The notes under the pieces were generated by a model. That model did no database searches, was not told the origin of the DNA, and was given only the letters and a program-made list of their open reading frames with translations. Position numbers and translations under genes: made by a program. Shown here piece by piece: positions 19,986-25,822 of a stretch of DNA of 64,000 nucleotides. Position 1 is the stretch's first letter. Each line of letters starts with the position of its first letter. The stretch comes from a virus. The stretch is from positions 1 to 64,000 of the IMG/VR virus record IMGVR_UViG_3300020183_000041. One strand, written 5' to 3'.

Positions 19986-20267
19986 ATGAGCGACGACCTG
20001 AGTCGGGCAAGGCAGGGTGTCTTCCCCACGGGGATGGCTACCTACTGGCACCACCGCACGGTGGAGCGCATGGACCTTGAGACGGCGGCTGAGGCTGTCT
20101 CACTGGCCATGTCGCTCTCGCTCCTCGACGCTCCGAGCGTCAGGAGTGAGGGCGCTCGCTGGGGCAATCGCTCCCGTGAGACGCTCCGCCAGATGGAGAC
20201 CTACTACGGGGCTTGGCTCCGTGGGGAACTCCATCGGGCGGAGGCCAAGCCTGCCCCCCAGAAGTGA
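19986..20267 (+). CDS. Cassette 2 cargo: hypothetical 93-aa protein
   Basis: SD AGAGAGGT; followed by terminator hairpin. Confidence 0.65.
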   Translation: MSDDLSRARQGVFPTGMATYWHHRTVERMDLETAAEAVSLAMSLSLLDAPSVRSEGARWGNRSRETLRQMETYYGAWLRGELHRAEAKPAPQK

Positions 20268-20271
20268 GCAA

Positions 20272-20295
20272 TGCCCCCGCCTTCGGGCGGGGGCA
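20272..20295 (+). terminator. Cassette 2 terminator hairpin
   Basis: TGCCCCCGCC-TTCG-GGCGGGGGCA. Confidence 0.7.
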
Positions 20296-20365
20296 ACTCC
20301 AATCCATCCGATACGGTCAGCTCTCAAGATTGAATATACGTTCGCAAACGTATCCCATTGCGTGC

Positions 20366-20462
20366 TTGGCGTGCTAGAAAGGCTTCAGCTTTCTAAACGC
20401 CAACTGGTACGGTACTCATCCATTTTCACTTTTAGTGCATCCCCAAACATACTTGCTATAGT
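20366..20462 (+). promoter_or_regulatory. Cassette 3 hairpin + promoter
   Basis: TTGGCGTgcTAGAAAGgC-TTCA-GCTTTCTAaACGCCAA; GTGCAT 20435; TGC-TATAGT 20457. Confidence 0.8.
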
Positions 20463-20469
20463 GGTTGAT

Positions 20470-20657
20470 GTCGGACAGTAGCGCACGCGAGCAGCGTCTC
20501 GGTGTCGGGGAACGCGACCTTTACCCCTGAGGGAACCTAGGGGGTAACGGAAATAACGGTTCCCCTGTAACGCCCGCTCCGCGGGGCGTTGCAGGAAAGA
20601 TGGCGGAGACCCACGTGGGGGTGTGGCGGCTATCTTGCCGCCGCCCCCACGGGGTTT
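20470..20657 (+). ncRNA. Cassette 3 cargo: putative structured small RNA (about 190 nt)
   Basis: Occupies the cargo slot; only a 20-codon ORF fits; several GC-rich stems ending in a long terminal hairpin. Confidence 0.6.
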
Positions 20658-20723
20658 ACTGCAACCCAATCCATGCGGTCTATCTGCAAAGTTGAATATA
20701 TGTTCATTCACTATGCATAAGGC

Positions 20724-20821
20724 GCTGGTGTGCAAGGACGCTTCAGCGAACTGAAACACCAGCCAGCGTGGATACACAGTTCAGACGTTTTTAGTGCATA
20801 GTCGAACTCACTTGGTATAGT
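20724..20821 (+). promoter_or_regulatory. Cassette 4 hairpin + promoter
   Basis: GCTGGTGT...CGC-TTCA-GCG...ACACCAGC; GTGCAT 20794; TGG-TATAGT 20816. Confidence 0.8.
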
Positions 20822-20870
20822 CTTTATTGTCAGTAATAACTAGACCCCACACGGGGAGAATGGACAAGAA

Positions 20871-21110
20871 ATGGCAACAAAGGACTACACGCTCAGCGAA
20901 CTACTAGCGGAGCATTACATAAGCATCGGAGCGAACGGGCACGACATCATCGTCAGCATTCTTGACGACCTGCGTACAGGTGCAGTCATGGAAACGGTTC
21001 GCAACATCGGTGAAAGCGAGACCGCCGCTATCAACGAGCTAACGAGCATCATCGTGAGCATCGTTCAAGGTAACCACCTAGACGACACACGCTCGGGAGA
21101 CGGTTGGTGA
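20871..21110 (+). CDS. Cassette 4 cargo: hypothetical 79-aa protein
   Basis: Lies between promoter and terminator 21112-21152. Confidence 0.7.
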   Translation: MATKDYTLSELLAEHYISIGANGHDIIVSILDDLRTGAVMETVRNIGESETAAINELTSIIVSIVQGNHLDDTRSGDGW

Positions 21111-21111
21111 C

Positions 21112-21152
21112 AGTTCTCCCCCGCCCTGCGCCCCCCGCAGGGCGGGGGAACT
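21112..21152 (+). terminator. Cassette 4 terminator hairpin
   Basis: CCCCCGCCCTGCG / CGCAGGGCGGGGG arms. Confidence 0.7.
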
Positions 21153-21213
21153 TCAACCCATTCGGTACGATCAGTCGAGATGATTGAGCATATATTCTCT
21201 CACCATACAAACA

Positions 21214-21311
21214 CTGGTGTGCAAGGCAGTCTTCAGCGAACTGAAACACCAGCGATTAAGGGGTCACCTAATGTTCTCTTTTAGTGTATGTCTAAACCCA
21301 CATGGTATAGT
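21214..21311 (+). promoter_or_regulatory. Cassette 5 hairpin + promoter
   Basis: CTGGTGT...C-TTCA-G...ACACCAG; GTGTAT 21284; TGG-TATAGT 21306. Confidence 0.8.
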
Positions 21312-21318
21312 GTTTGAC

Positions 21319-21576
21319 ATGGGGAACAACCTGGTGACCGTGAATGCGGAACCGAACCTATACCCCATCAGGCCAATCCTGATGGAGGCTCTCGCAAGGG
21401 ATACCAGCACAGGCTGGACCTTGCTAGACGGGGTAATCGTCATGGAGGAAAGGAATACTCTCCAAGACGAATACGTTCGTCTGGTCGCCGACGAAAAGGC
21501 GACAGGGCAAACCCACGCAGGCAAAAAGCGAGACATTGCTCGCCGCCTGCGGACAATCGCCAGACTTCTGGCGTGA
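21319..21576 (+). CDS. Cassette 5 cargo: leaderless 85-aa protein (paralog of cassette 6)
   Basis: ATG 7 nt after -10; MGNNLVTVNAEP. Confidence 0.75.
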   Translation: MGNNLVTVNAEPNLYPIRPILMEALARDTSTGWTLLDGVIVMEERNTLQDEYVRLVADEKATGQTHAGKKRDIARRLRTIARLLA

Positions 21577-21580
21577 AATC

Positions 21581-21609
21581 GGGCGGGGTCGAAAGACCCC
21601 GCCCTTTTT
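21581..21609 (+). terminator. Cassette 5 intrinsic terminator
   Basis: GGGCGGGGTC-GAAA-GACCCCGCCC-TTTTT. Confidence 0.85.
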
Positions 21610-21674
21610 CTTTGTCTTTGGATGGCGTTCATGCATAGGACACGATTCTTTGAATATATATTTCTCATTACATC

Positions 21675-21773
21675 GCTGGCGTGCAGAGGGTGCTTCAGCG
21701 CACTCAAGCGCCAGCCGTACTGGACTCGTTCCATTTTCACTTTTAGTGCATAGTTGGACTCACTTACTATAGT
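21675..21773 (+). promoter_or_regulatory. Cassette 6 hairpin + promoter
   Basis: GCTGGCGT...GC-TTCA-GC...GCGCCAGC; GTGCAT 21746; TATAGT 21768. Confidence 0.8.
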
Positions 21774-21780
21774 ACTGGTT

Positions 21781-22098
21781 ATGGGAAACAACCTGGTGAC
21801 CGTGAATGCGGAGCCGAAAGAACACAAAAGCATCAATGAGGCACTACTGGCGGCGGTTGAGCGTAGCGGTTGGGTCAAGCCCGACCGCCCGATGTCTCGC
21901 CTTCCAAAAGGCGGGGCAACCGTGGGCGACATCATTACCCTGAATGAGGAGCGCCTAGAAGCGCTTTGGAAACTGGGCAACCTCCGAACGGAGGCGGCAC
22001 GGGGCGCAAAGAATGCCACTCTTCAGGCGAAACTGGTCAGGAGAATAAACACGATTACCCGAATAATCAATGCGTTTGACGACGCACAACGCCGATAG
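21781..22098 (+). CDS. Cassette 6 cargo: leaderless 105-aa protein (paralog of cassette 5)
   Basis: ATG 7 nt after -10; MGNNLVTVNAEP..SGW..EER..RRINTI. Confidence 0.75.
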   Translation: MGNNLVTVNAEPKEHKSINEALLAAVERSGWVKPDRPMSRLPKGGATVGDIITLNEERLEALWKLGNLRTEAARGAKNATLQAKLVRRINTITRIINAFDDAQRR

Positions 22099-22113
22099 TC
22101 TCCCCAGACGGAT

Positions 22114-22147
22114 AACCCCCTCGCCCTGTTGCTCGGGCGAGGGGGTT
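22114..22147 (+). terminator. Cassette 6 terminator hairpin
   Basis: AACCCCCTCGCCC / GGGCGAGGGGGTT arms. Confidence 0.7.
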
Positions 22148-22212
22148 CCGCCAACCCGTCCCGTGCGGTGCAATCAAAAAATTAAATGAATATTCTCTTC
22201 ACTCACTATTCG

Positions 22213-22311
22213 GCTGGTGTGCGAGAGGTGCTTCAGTTCTCTTAAACACCAGCGTTGTTTATAATGGTCTATTTTCTCTTTTAGTGCATAACCTAGGTCA
22301 CTTGTTACTAT
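22213..22311 (+). promoter_or_regulatory. Cassette 7 hairpin + promoter
   Basis: GCTGGTGT...GC-TTCA-GT...ACACCAGC; GTGCAT 22284; TGT-TACTAT 22306. Confidence 0.8.
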
Positions 22312-22348
22312 TAGTCCTGTCAGTAATAACCCCAACCGAAAGGCGATT

Positions 22349-22714
22349 ATGTTTGGAGAAAATGCAAAGAATGAGCAAGTCGGATTAGTGATGGAAATGT
22401 CAGTAGGTGTTACGGAGTATGCCGACAAATTGGCTGCACAATCGACACCGCTTGCACGGCACGCAGCGTTGCAATTACACAATTCCATGCGGTCGGTAGC
22501 GGTTCTCACCGTACTCAACGCAGTGAGGCAGGAACCGATTACGAAAGACTACCTTTATCGCATTGTGTTCATTTTCCAAGACATTCTCAAGAATGTCTTG
22601 GAATACGAAAATGCAGGTCTGATTGTCGAAGTCGACAACCTTGACAACGAAGATGTGAAGATGAGCGACTTTCTTTCGGCACTGATGTACGAATTCACCG
22701 AATTGATGGATTGA
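22349..22714 (+). CDS. Cassette 7 cargo: hypothetical 121-aa protein
   Basis: SD GAAAGG; followed by terminator. Confidence 0.7.
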   Translation: MFGENAKNEQVGLVMEMSVGVTEYADKLAAQSTPLARHAALQLHNSMRSVAVLTVLNAVRQEPITKDYLYRIVFIFQDILKNVLEYENAGLIVEVDNLDNEDVKMSDFLSALMYEFTELMD

Positions 22715-22746
22715 AAAATGGGGGGCTTCGGCCCCCCATTTTTTTT
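22714..22746 (+). terminator. Cassette 7 intrinsic terminator
   Basis: ATGGGGGGC-TTCG-GCCCCCCAT then T tract. Confidence 0.85.
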
Positions 22747-22814
22747 GTCTTGATGAATGGTGTTCATCAACGGCATGGCTTTCTTGAGTATGTATTCTTT
22801 CAATACCTGGATGT

Positions 22815-22912
22815 GCTGGTGTGCGAGGAAGCTTCAGCTGCCTTAAACACCAGCGCTGTTAGGGGGTAGGTGTTCTTATTTTTAGTGAATAGCCAAGGTC
22901 ACTTGTTATAGT
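22815..22912 (+). promoter_or_regulatory. Cassette 8 hairpin + promoter
   Basis: GCTGGTGT...AGC-TTCA-GCT...ACACCAGC; GTGAAT 22885; TGT-TATAGT 22907. Confidence 0.8.
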
Positions 22913-22919
22913 GTTTCAC

Positions 22920-23243
22920 ATGAGCGACAAGCCCAAGGTGACTGCTAAGGCAGAACCGAACCGCAAGGTGAACCTTGCGGAACTGCAAGGAAAGATTGCC
23001 AAGAAAGGCAAGCCCCCGTACCGTGACCCTGCGTTGGCGCAAGACCTGCTGACTCTTGGTGATGGCGAGGCAATCTTGTGGGTTCAGGCAACCGTGAACG
23101 TCACGGGAACCGACCCCAAGGCAATCAACGCCGAAAAGATGAAGTGGCGCCAACGTGCTATTTCGGTTGCCGAGGGTGTGAACCTCAAGGTTCAGATCAA
23201 CTGGTCAACCAATGGCGAGATGTACATCTCGCTCAAGAAGTAA
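22920..23243 (+). CDS. Cassette 8 cargo: leaderless basic protein, paralog family A
   Basis: ATG 7 nt after -10; KVNLAELQGKIAKKGKPPYRD...WRQRAISVA. Confidence 0.8.
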   Translation: MSDKPKVTAKAEPNRKVNLAELQGKIAKKGKPPYRDPALAQDLLTLGDGEAILWVQATVNVTGTDPKAINAEKMKWRQRAISVAEGVNLKVQINWSTNGEMYISLKK

Positions 23244-23257
23244 AAGAAAGGAAAAAG

Positions 23258-23289
23258 AAAAGGGAACCCGAAAGGGTTCCCTTTTTTTT
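23258..23289 (+). terminator. Cassette 8 intrinsic terminator
   Basis: AGGGAACCC-GAAA-GGGTTCCCT plus T tract; same as cassette 10 terminator. Confidence 0.85.
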
Positions 23290-23298
23290 GCCCAAAGT

Positions 23299-23340
23299 CG
23301 CTGGCGTTCTGGTCGCGCTAAAGCGCTTTGAACGCCAGCG
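23299..23340 (+). repeat. Type II (TAAA-loop) hairpin A
   Basis: CGCTGGCGTTC..GCGC-TAAA-GCGC..GAACGCCAGCG. Confidence 0.8.
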
Positions 23341-23425
23341 CTGTTGGACAAACCTTTGGTCTCTCTTTATTACACAATTACTAATTCCTTGTAATAATTT
23401 AATATTACTCACAATATGTAATCGG

Positions 23426-23524
23426 GCTGGCGTGCGAGCGTGTCTTCAGCGCGCTTAAACGCCAGCGGAATCGTACTCATCTATTCTTCATTTTTAGTGC
23501 ATTTCCAAACCCGCTGGGTATAGT
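23426..23524 (+). promoter_or_regulatory. Cassette 9 hairpin + promoter
   Basis: GCTGGCGT...C-TTCA-G...ACGCCAGC; GTGCAT 23497; TATAGT 23519. Confidence 0.8.
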
Positions 23525-23531
23525 TCTAGTC

Positions 23532-23858
23532 GTGGCAACACAACAGCCGACCGCTAAGGCGGAGGCAAACCGTAAGGTGAACCTGAAAGACCTGCAAGGC
23601 AGTTTGTCTAAGAAGGGCAAACCTCCCTATCAGGACAAGGCACTAGCGGCAGACATTCTGTCGCTGGACCCAAACGACGCTAACGACGCATTCGTTTGGT
23701 CAAAGGCGGCGGTCGTTCTGACGGGAGACCCAAAGAAGGACAACGCCAACAAAATGCTGTGGAGACAGCGCGCCATTTCGGTTGCAAAGGCTACGGGTAT
23801 CGTAATCCGTATTCAATGGACCAATAATGGAGAAATGGTTATTTCACGTAAGGGGTGA
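23532..23858 (+). CDS. Cassette 9 cargo: leaderless basic protein, paralog family A
   Basis: GTG 7 nt after -10; KVNLKDLQGSLSKKGKPPYQD...WRQRAISVA. Confidence 0.8.
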   Translation: MATQQPTAKAEANRKVNLKDLQGSLSKKGKPPYQDKALAADILSLDPNDANDAFVWSKAAVVLTGDPKKDNANKMLWRQRAISVAKATGIVIRIQWTNNGEMVISRKG

Positions 23859-23872
23859 AATAATCAAAAAAG

Positions 23873-23903
23873 AAAGGACCGCCTTCGGGCGGTCCTTTTT
23901 TTT
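23873..23903 (+). terminator. Cassette 9 intrinsic terminator
   Basis: AGGACCGCC-TTCG-GGCGGTCCT plus T tract. Confidence 0.85.
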
Positions 23904-23913
23904 GCCCAAAGTT

Positions 23914-23953
23914 GCTGGTGTTCTGGTCGCGCTAAAGCGCTTTGAACACCAGT
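23914..23953 (+). repeat. Type II (TAAA-loop) hairpin B
   Basis: GCTGGTGTTC..GCGC-TAAA-GCGC..GAACACCAGT. Confidence 0.8.
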
Positions 23954-24040
23954 TTGTTTGTCTTCAAGTTGGGGTATGGTTTATTACAAATTTACAATTT
24001 ACATGTAATAAATTACATGATGTTTCAAATCCTAATTCGA

Positions 24041-24137
24041 TTGGCGTGCATGGAGGCTTCAGCTCCATTGTGCGCCAACCAAATTGGACTCTAATGGTTA
24101 TTATTTTTAGTGCATATCTGGGGTCACTTGTTAGAGT
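24041..24137 (+). promoter_or_regulatory. Cassette 10 hairpin + promoter
   Basis: TTGGCGTgCATGGAGgC-TTCA-GCTCCATtGtGCGCCAA; GTGCAT 24110; TGT-TAGAGT 24132. Confidence 0.8.
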
Positions 24138-24144
24138 AGTACCC

Positions 24145-24519
24145 GTGAGCACAAACAAGGTGACCGCTAATGCGGAACCAAAGAATACTCATGGCAATAC
24201 CCCGAATGTCCGAGTCAACCTTTCCCAAATGGCTGGCAAACTTTCCCGCAAAGGAAAGCCTGCATACAAGGATGAGGCATTGGCAAAGGATATTCTGTCG
24301 CTAGACCCGACCGACCCCAATGATGCTTTCACCTGGGGAAAAGCAAAGGTTTCCCTTGTGGATGCCAACGGCGAGTCCCGTGACGAAGCCCAAATCAATA
24401 AGGAAAAAATGAAGCACCGCCAGCGAGCATTTTCGGTCGCAAAGCAGTTGCAAATCGAAATCCGTGTGATTTGGATGGTCGATGGTCAAATGGTCATCGC
24501 ACTCAAAAACGACAAGTAA
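24145..24519 (+). CDS. Cassette 10 cargo: leaderless basic protein, paralog family A
   Basis: GTG 7 nt after -10; RVNLSQMAGKLSRKGKPAYKD...HRQRAFSVA. Confidence 0.8.
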   Translation: MSTNKVTANAEPKNTHGNTPNVRVNLSQMAGKLSRKGKPAYKDEALAKDILSLDPTDPNDAFTWGKAKVSLVDANGESRDEAQINKEKMKHRQRAFSVAKQLQIEIRVIWMVDGQMVIALKNDK

Positions 24520-24534
24520 TTAGAAAGGAAAAAG

Positions 24535-24567
24535 AAAAGGGAACCCGAAAGGGTTCCCTTTTTTTTT
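24535..24567 (+). terminator. Cassette 10 intrinsic terminator
   Basis: AGGGAACCC-GAAA-GGGTTCCCT plus T tract. Confidence 0.85.
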
Positions 24568-24578
24568 GTCTAAAGTCG

Positions 24579-24616
24579 TTGGCGTGCGGTCGGCGCTAAA
24601 GCGCCTTGCACGCCAA
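24579..24616 (+). repeat. Type II (TAAA-loop) hairpin C
   Basis: TTGGCGTGC..GGCGC-TAAA-GCGCC..GCACGCCAA. Confidence 0.8.
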
Positions 24617-24705
24617 TTAGTTTTAGAATTATCTTTTGCAAAACTTTAATATTTATTCAAATTACAATTAATAATGTAAAGACTAATTAAGTTTTTCAAT
24701 ATACG

Positions 24706-24747
24706 ATGGTGTTCAAACGATAACTTTATTTATCGTTTGAACACCAT
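24706..24747. repeat. Perfect 18-bp inverted repeat
   Basis: ATGGTGTTCAAACGATAA-CTTTAT-TTATCGTTTGAACACCAT. Confidence 0.9.
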
Positions 24748-25312
24748 TTGGATTTGAATTATTATTATCTATACTTTAGCACACTGTCAAATCAGATTCA
24801 CTCTTTGTTACACAAAAGTTACAATTCTAATTAGATTCACTATTAGGCCGCCGATACCCTTGGGATAGACCTGTGATAACTATGATCTTTCCCCCCGCTT
24901 TCTACACTACAATTTTGCCGGTCTTTAGGCAACAGTTTCACCATAAGAATACCCCTAGAGAGTATTCACCATTATAAACCTCAAATTACAGCGGGGTAAG
25001 TCTGTAACTATCTATACCAGAGTCTGGAGTAGAATAAATACAATTAAATTCATGATTAGGTCCATAATTAGATTCGTAATTAAATTTGTAGTCGCCAATT
25101 ATTTACCTTAACGCAAAATTCGGCCTTCACAATATATGAGCATCAAAAATATATTAAAATTCGGGTTAGATATGTCTATATTCTCCTCTAGAGATAGAGA
25201 GTAGATAGAAAGCAAACAAATGTTCGCTTTTTTGATAGAAAATGATAGCATTTTGCTATATTTTTACTATAAATATTATAATTTTCTTTATTTTTATGCT
25301 GTTTTTAGGCAC

Positions 25313-25356
25313 AAAAAAAAGGCTTAAGAATAAGTTTTACCTTACTCTTAAGCCTT
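25313..25356 (-). terminator. Probable terminator of the long leftward gene block
   Basis: AAGGCTTAAGA...TCTTAAGCCTT with A8 on the left (U tract on minus strand). Confidence 0.6.
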
Positions 25357-25432
25357 AAATTTGGGCACGCACACCCATATAAATATAATAAATATATTTA
25401 TAGTTGTGTACGCTTCACTTGCTTTTGATTAG

Positions 25433-25471
25433 TTATCCACAGGTTTTGCTAGTCATTCACAGTCATCCACA
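25433..25471. promoter_or_regulatory. Three DnaA-box-like 9-mers
   Basis: TTATCCACA 25433, TCATTCACA 25453, TCATCCACA 25463. Confidence 0.5.
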
Positions 25472-25609
25472 GGTATATCTATATCTTCATCTAATTCACT
25501 GAAGTAAAAATATTCGAGAGTATCTCTATTCATACTCTCTACTTTAGCGATAGATTCATCTTCAGACCCCGCCGATACATAGATATTAGCTATGATTGTT
25601 ACCCTATAG

Positions 25610-25822
25610 TTATTCATCAGTACCCGATTTTTTCAAACACCTATGGGTAAAGATATCATCTATGTCTAATCTCTCCTTGCAACGACTACAAAAGAACCCC
25701 ATTAACCTTTGTCCCGCGTCTGGAGGACTAACAGAATTAACCTTTGCATTTCCCTTAAGGATTCTCATCTCTTCAGGGGTAGCAAAATCCAAGAATCCGT
25801 TTTTATAAATAAGAGTAGTCAT
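25610..25822 (-). CDS. Small Zn-finger-like protein
   Basis: CSRC...HRC. Confidence 0.55.
   Translation of the reverse strand: MTTLIYKNGFLDFATPEEMRILKGNAKVNSVSPPDAGQRLMGFFCSRCKERLDIDDIFTHRCLKKSGTDE

Larger units (their letters stand above)
19302..24567 (+). repeat. Array of 10 hairpin-promoter-cargo-terminator cassettes
   Basis: TTCA loops start at 19320, 19851, 20384, 20742, 21232, 21694, 22232, 22833, 23445, 24058; each is followed 52 nt later (51 in unit 3) by GTGCAT (GTGTAT in unit 5, GTGAAT in unit 8) and 16 nt later by TAnnnT. Confidence 0.92.

Noticed and set aside
19296-23153. Minus-strand ORFs across the array (e.g. 21264-22019)
   Set aside because: Shadow ORFs of GC-rich sequence, crossing regulatory blocks and lacking promoter or RBS support.
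23827-24144. 5' extension giving a 230-aa ORF (similarly 21184, 21754, 19405)
   Set aside because: The extensions cross terminators, hairpins or promoters; paralog alignment and -10 spacing indicate later starts.
19302-24616. CRISPR array
   Set aside because: Repeats are non-identical and 358-613 bp apart with genes between them; the Cas4-like gene at 54725 stands alone in the replication block.
19302-24616. Canonical integron attC cassettes
   Set aside because: No RYYYAAC/GTTRRRY boxes, every unit has its own promoter and terminator, and no integrase is in the window; kept only as an analogy.
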